Origin: Minisyncoccota bacterium
Lineage (GTDB): Bacteria; Patescibacteriota; Minisyncoccia; JAHIHE01; JAGLIN01
DNA length: 64,000 nucleotides
Direction: 5' to 3'
Assembly (NCBI GenBank): GCA_041661265.1
Contig: JBAZUT010000002.1
Location: forward strand, 140,316 to 204,315
Shown here: positions 31,404 through 41,293 of the stretch, piece after piece
Layout: every line of letters starts with the position of its first letter
How positions within the stretch are numbered: the stretch's first letter is position 1
The notes under the pieces: model-generated
Told to the model about the DNA's origin: nothing
Seen by the model: the letters and a program-made list of their open reading frames with translations, nothing else
The model's database searches: none
Position numbers and translations under genes: made by a program

Positions 31404-31640
31404 AACTCGAACGGGAAGGGGTCGGGAAACGGTAGTTTCCCGCTTGGGGTGACCGATCCGCCAACCGGCGGAGAGGACCAGAGGGCGGAAGCCCTATGAA
31501 TCGCAGTCCCGAGGATTCGGGACGAGCAGTGAGATGCCCGGCCGTCCCCGCCTTCGCCTCGCTGAAGCTCGGCTATGGCGCGGTAATACCCGCCAATCGC
31601 CGAGCAAAAGCGGGACTTTTTAGAACATTAGTTTCTACAA
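31404..31640 (+). ncRNA. candidate structured non-coding RNA (unclassified)
   Basis: A GC-rich island of stacked perfect hairpins (CGGGAAAC-GGUA-GUUUCCCG, UCCGCC-AACC-GGCGGA, GGGC-GGAA-GCCC, GUCCCGA-GGAU-UCGGGAC) lying between two intrinsic terminators. The overlapping 93-aa ORF is implausible as a coding sequence. The strand is assumed from the flanking terminators. Confidence 0.35.
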
Positions 31641-31643
31641 TAA

Positions 31644-31669
31644 AACATACCATCATGGTATGTTTTTTG
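31644..31669 (+). terminator. rho-independent terminator, a near-duplicate of the one at 31371
   Basis: AACAUACC-AUCAU-GGUAUGUU hairpin followed by UUUUUUG. The stem sequence is the same as in the terminator at 31371..31393. Confidence 0.55.
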
Positions 31670-31705
31670 TTTAAAGCTCAAAAAGAGAGTTCACACACAT
31701 CAAAA

Positions 31706-31732
31706 AACATCCCCGCACGGTGCGGGGATGTT
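31706..31732 (-). terminator. rho-independent terminator of the 2650-aa giant gene
   Basis: A 12-bp perfect hairpin (AACAUCCCCGCAC-GG-UGCGGGGAUGUU) begins 9 nt past the TAA stop at 31742..31744. On the minus strand it is followed by UUUUUUG. Confidence 0.7.
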
Positions 31733-31741
31733 CTGAACGTC

Positions 31742-34700
31742 TTATGGAGTTGTCTCGTCCCACTTGAGGGTACTTAGAACGGGTACTGTATTGGAATCAG
31801 TATATATAGGGGAGTTGTTCACAGCTCTTACTCTATAGAATGCAAATCCCGGAAGCGGATCATTATCCATGCATATCCTGTTATCGGAATCAACCGGGAA
31901 ATCCGCGACATTCAGGCATATGACTTCTGCCGAACTGAAATCCGAATTATCATCCCTGTAGACCGTATATACCGGCGGTCCGCCTTTTACAGAATACTCT
32001 GCCGCAGACCAATCCAACCTTACCCTATTCGGAAGATTTTCATAATCAAGCATAAAGTCTCCCGGAGGAGCGATCGGAACATAAACGGGAGATATGATAT
32101 TTGAACTCGTCGTGCCTGCCGCATTCACTGCCCTGATCTGATATTCATAGGTCGTATCCTCCTGGGCTGTCAGATCATTGAATGTAACAAAACCTGTTGG
32201 AGGAGGATCCTCATAATCGGTTCCCGAGACCATCGAATCCAAAGGCGTTGAATAGGCTGCCGTCGCTTTATTGATGAACAGGCCGAACAGGTCATCCATC
32301 TTTTCGCCCATGCCCACATAAGCAAACTCCGAATCACCCTGGAGCCTTCTGAATATCTCATATGAAGTTTCATTCTGCGTATCGCTCCATTTGATCTCAA
32401 CATTACCGCCCGCACTCAAGGTGTAGCTTGCGGAAACAAGAGAAAGGAATGGCGGATAAAAAGGCGGAATATTCAGACAATCGCAAGATGTTGTCTGCAA
32501 GCTGGGATCCGATTCCACCGAATTATCAACGCCCGAGCCCACAGCTTCCACTTTATATACATAATTCTCCACACTGTTTATATTGCCGTCAATATAGGTT
32601 CTGGCCAGATACGGCATATTCTCCCTGATCTTGCTGAAATTTGTTTCGCCTGCCGACACATTCTTTCTCAAAATATTATACGAGAAGGTCTTGCTTTCGT
32701 CATAGGGCGCCCAATTGATCTGCATACGCGATGAAGAACCCGCGCATATCGGCAACACGGTGTTATCGGTATTGCCCGGCAAAGCTCCGCCGCATACATA
32801 TCCGGAATCCCTGCTGATCACGGGTTTTGCGGGAACATCAAAGCACTCCATGGCAATGGCTGTCTTTTCTTCGGAAAATGCGACGCTGCTGCTTCCATGC
32901 GCCTCAATATAATAATCATAGCTGGCGCTGCTTTCAACATTCAGGTCGATATATGAAGTCAAAGTTGTCCCCGGACAATTAATACATGTATATGCCGCAA
33001 ACGGCTCGCTGGTGCGCTTTTTATATATGGTCCAATAGGATGTGTTCGGATCCGGCAGCCACGAAAGCGCTATCTGCGTTCCCGAAACATCACAACCCGG
33101 AGTCAGGATCAGATTCGCCTGAACCGGCGAACAATCCGGCGCAATAATGGAAACTTCATTCGACATAGCGCTCTCATTTCCGATCCCCATCGCCTTCACC
33201 GCATATTTATAGTTTTTATTCGATTCCAGAGGAAGAGAACTTAGTATATTCGGAGAATCAGACTGTCTTTCGGGACCATTGATCAATGTTCCGTCGGAAC
33301 CATTCCCGGAATTGTCATATGCCGCTACTCCCGCTTTTTCATCAAAATGCCAGACACCGGCCAGGCCAAGTTCGTTTTTATAGATAGCATTATATTGCTC
33401 CGCAATTTCTATTCCACTTAAACTTCTTCCGTAGATGCGGACCTCGTCGATCGATCCGTCAAAAAGCTCATGCCACTGCGGTGACCCGCCCTGGCGCGCG
33501 CCGATCGTTACCGGCGCATCGCTCAATATCGTATTGCTTAATGAATTTTCATCGATTGTAACACCAAGAGAGATCCCGTCTTCATATATCCTTACGCCAC
33601 TTGCCAGACTGGAACCGTCATAAGTGATCACGTAATGGTGCCAACCGCCATCATTCAGCATGCTTGGCGATGTAGTGCTCACCGTGATAGCGTTTGAAGA
33701 CCAAGTATTGACCATCATGAAAGATATGGTTCCAGCCCTCACCTGCGAGGTTGGAAAATAGTAATTCGTTATCAGATGCCATCCTCTATACGGACTGTAA
33801 TCCGACGCCTTTGTGATCACTTCCTGAATTCCGGTACTTGATGCATCCGGCTTAAGCCAAGCTGTGATCGAAAATGCTCGATCTCGCTCAAAATCAAAGT
33901 TTGATTCATTCGCGATTGCCGCATAATCATCCGATCCATCAAACTGCAGGCTCCTCGACCCGCCATCGGTTATTGGCGACCTGACGGAAAAATAGACGGA
34001 TTGCAGAGAATCTGAGACATTATTTCGATATAAATTATAAGAATAAGCATTAGCACTTGCCGTCCAGGACAGATCCGCATATGGCACGTTCAGATCGCAA
34101 TAAGTACTGCCGAGAGCCAGAGTAGAAACGTCAGGAACTCCGCAGAACAATGTCGTCACCGACCTCGAGCTCGAAAAGGATGTGAGGGCGGTGGGCCCTA
34201 TTGCTTTTATCCAATAGTAATATGTCCAAAGATCCTGAAGTCCCGCCGAACTGTCCGTCCATGCCCTGGAATTGAATTCAGCAAGATCGGAAGGAATGGT
34301 TTTGTCCAAAGCCTTAACTAGCAATGCCGAACCCATGTTATCGATCGTATTGCGATATATCTCATATTTTTGGGTGCCGGAAGGAAAATCATCCGACCAC
34401 GAGATCATATTATAGGGATCATTTGTACTGCAATTGGAGTAAATTGGGTCAATAACCGGCGTGAAAGGAACGCAATAATTGCCGATGCCGATCAAGGCAA
34501 CATTGGAACCTGCTCCCTCACCTGCGTCATTTTCCGCTTTGACGACATAGGAATAGGCAGTGTTGACCGCTATACCCATATCATCATAGGAATTTGTCGT
34601 TCTGCTCGTCAGATAGGATCCATCTCGATAAATGTTATAAGAAGTGGCGTTTGGAACATTGTCCCACCCGAGAGCCGCATAGGGGTTCGAGCCAGAACAT

Positions 34701-37700
34701 GCAAAAGATGCGTTCAGACTTGCTACCGGCGGCATTGCCTCACAGGAAAAGGTCTCTGTGGCTCCCGCAGAGAAAGAGAGTAAGCCCGTCGGACCGTTTG
34801 CCTTAATCCAATAGAGATATTCGGTTAACGGCAAGAGCGGCCCATTATCCGTCCATGTCAGAGTATTTTTGCCGACTGTCTGCAATAGCGCTGCCGAATC
34901 GATTGAAACGATCCGGACATTATCTATCCAAGCCCTATCGCTTCCGCCGATCGTACTGTCATCTTTGGCATAAACCCAGCGAAAACTGTGCGCTCCTGCC
35001 GAGATAGGCACGATCATTTCCGCGAAAGATGCCATGGACGTTCCGCTTATCCTGTTCCTGTATCCGGTAGCTCTTGTGCACCCATCATTGTCCAGGCAAA
35101 AAAGAAGAAAATCATAACTATCTTCAGAACTGACTTTCCAATGGAACCTTAATGCGGATGGGCTGGAGACCGTGATGTCATAATCAATAAAAGCGGATTG
35201 ACTGTTTCCAATTGCACCACTGGCGGCCGAAGCCGATCCATCGCTTGAGGCCGACGTATCCCTGAACCAATTCGCATCTCCTCCGGTCGTCCATCCGGGA
35301 GGCGTAAAAGTTACGCTTTCAAAATTAGAGATTGAGACGCTGCCGGTGCTTCTATAAATTTCAAAATTATTGGTATTATCGGGCGTTGCATCCGTCCATG
35401 AGACAGTATTCTTCGACTGATCGCTTTCGCAAACCGTTACGATCGGATCAATAGCCGGCACCGACGGCGTGCAATAGTGTCCAGCCGCGATCGAAATGAC
35501 ATTTGAATCCGCCCCTTGTCCGAAAGGGCTTCTGCCTCTGACGGTGTATCCATACGCAGTATTGACATCAATAGTATAATCATCGTGAGTAAGGGTTGTT
35601 ACATTTGTCAAAAATATCCCGTTCCTATATACGTCATAAGAAGTCGCATGTCCGATCGAAAGCCAAGACATATGCGCATACGGGTTCGAAGGGGGCGTTC
35701 CGGAACATTGGAATGAACCTATCAGAGTGTTTGTGGACTCGGGAGGTCCGCAAAAAAGATTCACAATATTCGTAGCATCGGAAAGGGTCGTATAATTCAT
35801 TGGGGCCGGCCCGATAGACTGGACCCAATAGTAATATGTCGCCTCATCTTCCAGCCGGGGACTTGAAGGATTGTCGATAATTGTTCTGGCACCAAAGGCA
35901 GCAGGTTGGGTCGCCTTGTCAATAGTTTTGATCAAAACAGTCCCGGCATCCACAAAATTATTTGTCGTTCCTCTGTATATCTTATATATTGCCGTGTTCG
36001 GATATGTTTCACCGGTCCAACTTATATTATTGGCGGGATTTCCACCCGAACAACCCGCGCCTAAACTGACTACCGGCTTTTGCGGAGTACAATATTTTCC
36101 AAGCGAGATCGATGCGATGCTTGAATCAGAACTCTCCCCTCCCGAATTCTTTGCTCTCACCGTATAGTCATAAAGCGTATTGACAGTGACCGTGGTGTCT
36201 TCATGCGTCAAAACTGTTTCATTCACCAAAAATAATCCATTGCGATAGATATCATATGAAGCCGCGCCGGGAACGGCATTCCAGCTTAGCGACACCCTGG
36301 GAGTCGAAGCAGGCGTACCGGTGCATGAAAAAGCGGCAGTTAATCCCGTAGGGGCAGACAAAACAGCGCAATAAACCGTTGTAACAACACGATTGGCAGA
36401 CTGGCTGCTTGCACTGCTCGGACTGATTGATTTGATATAATACGTGTAATTAGTTGAATCGCTGAGTCCCGCCCCGGCATTATCATCCGTCCATTTTCTT
36501 AGATCCGGATCTATGCTTTGGGCGGCAGTTCTGACCAAAACGCCATTCCGATAGATCTCATAAGTTGAAGTATCAATCGCATACGGCCATGAAATATCCA
36601 CTACCGCTTTGTTCGAACTGCATAGCGGAGACAAGACCAGATTTGATCTTTGAGGCGGACATTCCGGCGTTAAAAATGGAGATATCGTATTTGAACTGGC
36701 GCTGCCGCCGGAACTGAATGCATCCACCCTCCAGCTGTAATTTGTCTTTGAGAGAAGACCGCTTCCCCATGCCGGATCATCGCTGTCCGCTCCGGCAGCG
36801 CTTCCCAATGTCGCATTTCTGCCATAGTTCGAACTATCCGATGCGATCTGCCCGCCTCCTTCATCGAAATACCACAAACCGACCAGATCCGCTTCGTTGG
36901 CATAAACTCCATTCTTGTGCTCCGCCACTTCCGTTGAAGAAAGGGCGCGCCTATAGATCCTTACTTCTCCGACAGAACCATTGAAATAATACGGATTATA
37001 GCTTCTTCCGATCTCAAGGGCTTTTGTCGGATTGCTCAATGTATTGATCGTTCCATTGTATTCGCCTGCACTGGATCCATTCACCCACGCCTCAAGATGA
37101 TTGGTTTTTTTTATTCCCACAATATGCGTCCAGCCCCAGGTTTCATAAAGAGGAAGTGAAACCGCCTTATATCCGGAGCTATCTTTTACTCCGAATGAAT
37201 ATCTGTTACTGGGAGAATATGCCTCTGAAATAAAATATCCGGTCGAACCCCATCCGCCCTTATTGACTATCCCTCTGCCATAAGTGCCGCCATCGGCTTT
37301 TGCCCAAACTTCAACCGTAAAATCATTTGTGGTCATGTCCAGATCGGCGGAAGTGCCTGCATTCACGTAATCATCGGATCCGTCAAAATTCAGAATATTT
37401 CCGTGTCCGACATCGCCAAAGGGCGATATTACGCCATTGATCGTGGCAGGAGAAGACACAGAACGCAAAAGGTCATATGAAGTGGCATTGGCGCTGTTTG
37501 TCCAATCCAATTGCACTTTCGGATATGGGCCTTGGCAGCTTGCACTTGGAGGATCGGTCAGGATGAAGGGTCCGGGAGGCGAGCAATTGCTCGTCGTTAC
37601 CGGCTGATAGACGGAAGATGCCTCCTGGCCGGCATTGTAACCCGCCGCCACAACCTTATATTTATAAGTTGTTGTGATAAGCAAAGGATTCGGATCGATG

Positions 37701-39694
37701 ATCGAATATGTCCCTCCGACCGGAACAGTCGCAATTGGAAGTCCCAGATCCTCTCTGAAAACTTTAAAGTTTTGGGTGTTTGCATCATCCGAAATCCAGC
37801 TGATAGTTACTTTCGGGTTTCCGCCGGAACAAGAATCCAGCAGACTGACAACCGGTAAAGTTGGGAGACAGGAATCCGTTGTTATGGACTGCACAGCGGA
37901 ATATCCCCGCGCGACACCCGGATCGCCATTGGCAATGACCTGATAATAATAAGCGGTAGATGGATTCAGACTGTCGGTGTCATTCCAAGAATATGTGGTA
38001 TTGCCCACGGTGGCTTTCGTTGCCATACCGGCCTCAGACAACCCTCTTTTTATTTCATAGTTGATCGTGTTGCTTGTTGAAGACCATGAAAGACCAACCT
38101 TCGGATTGCCAAGCACGCACGATCCGGCAATAGAAAGAATGGGGGCATTTGGCGGAATACAATTCGATGCATTAATGGTCTCAGCCATGCTCGGAGCGGT
38201 CTGAGTCCCTTCCCTGCCGTTTGCAATGACGTAGTAGGTATATTCGGACCCCGCCTCGACTCCGGAATCGATATATGTCGTATTTGTCAGATTAAGAAGA
38301 GATGTGCCATTCCTATAAAGAGTATAATAGATCACGTTTTCCGAAGACGTCCAGCTGAGCCTTATCCTGGAATCCCCGCTGGCGCAGAAGACCTCGGGAC
38401 TGTTCAGGACCGGAGTGGGAGACGGTGGAACTATCGTGGCGCAATTAATGCTCTGGCTCACCGTATTGGAAGTGAAATTCGGATAACCGGTGACTCCGGC
38501 AACAACCTTATAATTCTGAGTACAGTTCGCCCCCGGACAATCGTCGGGGCTTAAATAGTCCACGAAAGAATTCGTACCGCTGCCGTACTGCCCCAAAAAA
38601 GATGTATCGTTTCTGAATAAATTATAAAAATCGGAATTCATTATCTTCGTCCAGCTGACATGCATCTCGGGATTTCCGGAGGCATCGCACATGCCGCTTG
38701 AACTGGCAAATGGCGAACAATAATAATTGGCTGTTTGTTTTGACAGTGAATTTTTTGCAACTTCCTCAAGATCCTTTATCCAGACCGCCTTGATGAAATA
38801 ATCCATGTTTCCGCTCTGCCAATAATTCAGAGGCATACTTCCCACAAGACTATCATCGTATGTCGTAGTGGCGGCATCAACGCTCATTAACAAAGAATAA
38901 TCCGGATCGCTTGGGGTTTTGCGGTATATTTCATATCTTGCCGCTCCCATCAGGCTGTTCCAGGATAAGCTTATTTTTTGCCCTCCCGGAGCACTGCTAT
39001 TGCAGCTTGTATTTGAACTCAATATTACAGGACAAGCCCTTGCCTCGATCGAAACGCTTGCCGAATTTTTTTTCGTTCCATCCTGCCAATTCGCCCGCAC
39101 GGAATATGAATATGAATTGGTTCCGATGATATTCGGACCGTCGTCATAAACATGGTCCGTTGTCTCGCCAATCTTCACGAACTCCGCTTCTTCGAGTGTG
39201 TCATTCTTCCTCAGGATCTCATATTTCAGGATATTCCCCGTTGCAGTGCTCCAGGTCAGACTATTGTGCGGACCATTGGCCTTGCACTCTGCATCCATCT
39301 CGGAAAAAACAGCTGCACAATAATTGGCTCCCGATGTCTTTTCGTTGGAAAAGATATCTCCGGATTTAACAGCTTTTATTTTGTAATGATAGCTTTTATC
39401 GCTTAAAGCGGAATTGTCAGTGTAGGACAAGGCTTCTGTATTTCCGATCTCCGAATAATTGATCTCGCTGGACAGTTTTCTCATAACATAGTACGTCGGA
39501 TTTCCGGGAATATCCGATGACCATGAAAGATCCACCACTCTTTTCGCATCAAGACAATCTTGGAGAGGTTCATTCTGGGTGATTGTCGAAGCAAAGGATG
39601 TCGGGACGAAAATAAAAAACAGCATAAAACCGATCAGACCTATAAACAAGATTCTTAACTTTGTGAAATCATATATCAAATGCATTTTTATCAT
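31742..39694 (-). CDS. giant secreted surface protein (2650 aa): N-terminal signal/TM, long array of FN3-like beta-sandwich repeats and two LamG (concanavalin-A-like) domains; C-terminal tail ...LKWDETTP
   Basis: N-terminal hydrophobic segment ILFIGLIGFMLFFIFVPTSFAS. Recurrent LSW...YxIYR... FN3-like units. Two LamG-like blocks (LNFDGSDDYVNAG...GEVRIYRRALSSTEV and LQFDGSDDYAAIA...IDEVRIYGRSLSGIEI). Confidence 0.85.
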   Translation of the reverse strand: MIKMHLIYDFTKLRILFIGLIGFMLFFIFVPTSFASTITQNEPLQDCLDAKRVVDLSWSSDIPGNPTYYVMRKLSSEINYSEIGNTEALSYTDNSALSDKSYHYKIKAVKSGDIFSNEKTSGANYCAAVFSEMDAECKANGPHNSLTWSTATGNILKYEILRKNDTLEEAEFVKIGETTDHVYDDGPNIIGTNSYSYSVRANWQDGTKKNSASVSIEARACPVILSSNTSCNSSAPGGQKISLSWNSLMGAARYEIYRKTPSDPDYSLLMSVDAATTTYDDSLVGSMPLNYWQSGNMDYFIKAVWIKDLEEVAKNSLSKQTANYYCSPFASSSGMCDASGNPEMHVSWTKIMNSDFYNLFRNDTSFLGQYGSGTNSFVDYLSPDDCPGANCTQNYKVVAGVTGYPNFTSNTVSQSINCATIVPPSPTPVLNSPEVFCASGDSRIRLSWTSSENVIYYTLYRNGTSLLNLTNTTYIDSGVEAGSEYTYYVIANGREGTQTAPSMAETINASNCIPPNAPILSIAGSCVLGNPKVGLSWSSTSNTINYEIKRGLSEAGMATKATVGNTTYSWNDTDSLNPSTAYYYQVIANGDPGVARGYSAVQSITTDSCLPTLPVVSLLDSCSGGNPKVTISWISDDANTQNFKVFREDLGLPIATVPVGGTYSIIDPNPLLITTTYKYKVVAAGYNAGQEASSVYQPVTTSNCSPPGPFILTDPPSASCQGPYPKVQLDWTNSANATSYDLLRSVSSPATINGVISPFGDVGHGNILNFDGSDDYVNAGTSADLDMTTNDFTVEVWAKADGGTYGRGIVNKGGWGSTGYFISEAYSPSNRYSFGVKDSSGYKAVSLPLYETWGWTHIVGIKKTNHLEAWVNGSSAGEYNGTINTLSNPTKALEIGRSYNPYYFNGSVGEVRIYRRALSSTEVAEHKNGVYANEADLVGLWYFDEGGGQIASDSSNYGRNATLGSAAGADSDDPAWGSGLLSKTNYSWRVDAFSSGGSASSNTISPFLTPECPPQRSNLVLSPLCSSNKAVVDISWPYAIDTSTYEIYRNGVLVRTAAQSIDPDLRKWTDDNAGAGLSDSTNYTYYIKSISPSSASSQSANRVVTTVYCAVLSAPTGLTAAFSCTGTPASTPRVSLSWNAVPGAASYDIYRNGLFLVNETVLTHEDTTVTVNTLYDYTVRAKNSGGESSDSSIASISLGKYCTPQKPVVSLGAGCSGGNPANNISWTGETYPNTAIYKIYRGTTNNFVDAGTVLIKTIDKATQPAAFGARTIIDNPSSPRLEDEATYYYWVQSIGPAPMNYTTLSDATNIVNLFCGPPESTNTLIGSFQCSGTPPSNPYAHMSWLSIGHATSYDVYRNGIFLTNVTTLTHDDYTIDVNTAYGYTVRGRSPFGQGADSNVISIAAGHYCTPSVPAIDPIVTVCESDQSKNTVSWTDATPDNTNNFEIYRSTGSVSISNFESVTFTPPGWTTGGDANWFRDTSASSDGSASAASGAIGNSQSAFIDYDITVSSPSALRFHWKVSSEDSYDFLLFCLDNDGCTRATGYRNRISGTSMASFAEMIVPISAGAHSFRWVYAKDDSTIGGSDRAWIDNVRIVSIDSAALLQTVGKNTLTWTDNGPLLPLTEYLYWIKANGPTGLLSFSAGATETFSCEAMPPVASLNASFACSGSNPYAALGWDNVPNATSYNIYRDGSYLTSRTTNSYDDMGIAVNTAYSYVVKAENDAGEGAGSNVALIGIGNYCVPFTPVIDPIYSNCSTNDPYNMISWSDDFPSGTQKYEIYRNTIDNMGSALLVKALDKTIPSDLAEFNSRAWTDSSAGLQDLWTYYYWIKAIGPTALTSFSSSRSVTTLFCGVPDVSTLALGSTYCDLNVPYADLSWTASANAYSYNLYRNNVSDSLQSVYFSVRSPITDGGSRSLQFDGSDDYAAIANESNFDFERDRAFSITAWLKPDASSTGIQEVITKASDYSPYRGWHLITNYYFPTSQVRAGTISFMMVNTWSSNAITVSTTSPSMLNDGGWHHYVITYDGSSLASGVRIYEDGISLGVTIDENSLSNTILSDAPVTIGARQGGSPQWHELFDGSIDEVRIYGRSLSGIEIAEQYNAIYKNELGLAGVWHFDEKAGVAAYDNSGNGSDGTLINGPERQSDSPNILSSLPLESNKNYKYAVKAMGIGNESAMSNEVSIIAPDCSPVQANLILTPGCDVSGTQIALSWLPDPNTSYWTIYKKRTSEPFAAYTCINCPGTTLTSYIDLNVESSASYDYYIEAHGSSSVAFSEEKTAIAMECFDVPAKPVISRDSGYVCGGALPGNTDNTVLPICAGSSSRMQINWAPYDESKTFSYNILRKNVSAGETNFSKIRENMPYLARTYIDGNINSVENYVYKVEAVGSGVDNSVESDPSLQTTSCDCLNIPPFYPPFLSLVSASYTLSAGGNVEIKWSDTQNETSYEIFRRLQGDSEFAYVGMGEKMDDLFGLFINKATAAYSTPLDSMVSGTDYEDPPPTGFVTFNDLTAQEDTTYEYQIRAVNAAGTTSSNIISPVYVPIAPPGDFMLDYENLPNRVRLDWSAAEYSVKGGPPVYTVYRDDNSDFSSAEVICLNVADFPVDSDNRICMDNDPLPGFAFYRVRAVNNSPIYTDSNTVPVLSTLKWDETTP

Positions 39695-39712
39695 ATGGTT
39701 CTTTCGAAAATA

Positions 39713-40213
39713 TTATAAAGAAGATTTTACTACTATTTTAGCTGCCAAAAAATCGTCCGCTTTGCTTATATCGGAACTGGAAATAGCCTCGATATAATCC
39801 CCCGGTTTCAAATCGCTAAGCCGTATATTTTTTTCTACGGGAGTGCGATTGACAAAAGTCAGACTGCTCACCTTGGTTTGAGGATTCACGATCGCCTTTC
39901 TTTCTTCCTCGCGGACCGTACGCACACCCTCTTCATCGACATTGTACATCTCGGCATTGAAAACAATCGTATTGCCGTCGATTTTCGTTATTTTACCGGA
40001 AAGATTATAGATAATTTTCGGAACGATAATCCTTTCCTGCTCCGGTATCGGCTTTATGTCCGATCTTTCAACTACCGGTTCCTCGGTTGTTCCGCCCTCT
40101 TTTTGACGCAATCCCAAACCTATTGCGACCGCCACAACCAAAACCATCAATACGATGATCAAAATGTTCTTCGGGACAATGGGCGGAGTTGCCGCATTTT
40201 CTGTTGAATCCAT
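39713..40213 (-). CDS. small single-pass membrane protein (166 aa)
   Basis: Short N-terminal tail, TM helix ILIIVLMVLVVAVAIGLGL and an extracytoplasmic charged domain. Confidence 0.5.
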   Translation of the reverse strand: MDSTENAATPPIVPKNILIIVLMVLVVAVAIGLGLRQKEGGTTEEPVVERSDIKPIPEQERIIVPKIIYNLSGKITKIDGNTIVFNAEMYNVDEEGVRTVREEERKAIVNPQTKVSSLTFVNRTPVEKNIRLSDLKPGDYIEAISSSDISKADDFLAAKIVVKSSL

Positions 40214-40254
40214 ATTTTTATATTATTTTATTTTTTTAACGGTCCGAAATTTTT

Positions 40255-40692
40255 TTATGGAGAATAACTCAGTTCGATCGCCCTGTTCACATTGCGATAG
40301 CTTCCTCTGACCTTTATCACGTTTCCTATCACAACGATCCTATAAGAGCCATCCCCGACGGTTACCACTTCATTGTTAGGCGGAGTGTCCGCATCAGTAC
40401 AATCATTATCATTTATGCATTTGGCAAGATAATCCATGCTCTGATATGCTCCATAAGTGGCGGTTAGGGGACTGCTGATCTGAAGCTTAAGTTCATAAAG
40501 AAATCTTTCGACGCCGGTGTCCGCCAGATAAAATGACTCAACGGAATTTTGCGCATCTATCAATGCCCTCCTTTCCCCCACTCCCCTGTTCATTGTATAT
40601 AGGCCTAAATAAAGCAAAAAAGCGCTAATGGAAACAGCCACGAACAAAGCCACTTGTCCCTTTCTATTCAAATTTATCTTTTTGGTTGGCAT
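40255..40692 (-). CDS. pilin-like or minor pseudopilin-like protein with a non-canonical N-terminus
   Basis: N-terminal region NRKGQVALFVAVSISAFLLYLGL has a Gly followed by a hydrophobic helix, with no Glu at +5. Lies inside the pilin gene array. Confidence 0.35.
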   Translation of the reverse strand: MPTKKINLNRKGQVALFVAVSISAFLLYLGLYTMNRGVGERRALIDAQNSVESFYLADTGVERFLYELKLQISSPLTATYGAYQSMDYLAKCINDNDCTDADTPPNNEVVTVGDGSYRIVVIGNVIKVRGSYRNVNRAIELSYSP

Positions 40693-40725
40693 TTTGTTTT
40701 TGAAAATCTTAGCTCTTTATGATCA

Positions 40726-41283
40726 TTAATAAACCCTAGGAACAACGGATGTCTGCAATTTAATCGTGACGCTGGGATCCCTCGAACTTTCCAGTTCAAG
40801 CAGAATGGTAATGATCGGCTGTTCCGCCGGAGATGCAACCAGATCGCCATTTGAATAAAAATGCAAATTGGTCACTTTTATATTCGGAGAGCTTATTGGG
40901 ACAAAACTCCCGTCATAACCCACCGAAACAGCGACAGCGCTCGCACCGCTCGCGCAAACCCCGGACGAATCCGCCTGGCAATAGACCGCACTCTTGCTTT
41001 CGTGATTGGTGAAATTTATCCTTGGCCCAGGATTCGGAGTTCCGCTGTCATCGTAATTCCTTATTCGCATATCATCGATCTTATTCGCCATCCTGATCTC
41101 CCGGCCCATTCTTTCCAAAAGAAAACTTGCTTCATTATTGACCAGATTCATCTCGCTTGCGCGCGCCTGAGACTTTATTCCGCTTATGAAAAGCCCCATC
41201 GTAAAAACTATGACAAGCGAAAACAGCCCGAGTGCCACCATGGTTTCAAGAAGCGTCATTCCTTTTTGGTCAAGTTCATGCAT
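40726..41283 (-). CDS. type IV pilin / pseudopilin-like protein (class III signal peptide)
   Basis: Prepilin-peptidase motif KG-MTLLETMVALGLFSLVIV (G at -1, E at +5). The start was moved to the internal Met to avoid overlap with the upstream pilin. Confidence 0.7.
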   Translation of the reverse strand: MHELDQKGMTLLETMVALGLFSLVIVFTMGLFISGIKSQARASEMNLVNNEASFLLERMGREIRMANKIDDMRIRNYDDSGTPNPGPRINFTNHESKSAVYCQADSSGVCASGASAVAVSVGYDGSFVPISSPNIKVTNLHFYSNGDLVASPAEQPIITILLELESSRDPSVTIKLQTSVVPRVY

Positions 41284-41293
41284 CTGGGTTAAT

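Noticed and set aside
31186-31551. I considered whether the tRNA-like 5' end, the ~365-nt body and the tRNA-like 3' end could be a one-piece tmRNA (ssrA).
   Set aside because: There is no T-loop (GUUCGA-type) before the 3' acceptor fragment. There is no G3:U70 alanine identity pair. There is no tag-peptide reading frame ending in ...AA-stop. An intact tRNA-Asp sits inside the interval.
31496-31777. 93-aa plus-strand ORF (MNRSPEDSGRAVRCPAVPAFASLKL...) across the GC-rich segment.
   Set aside because: It spans two intrinsic terminators and the convergent terminator of the giant gene. Its composition is driven by GC-rich hairpins. It is more plausibly non-coding.
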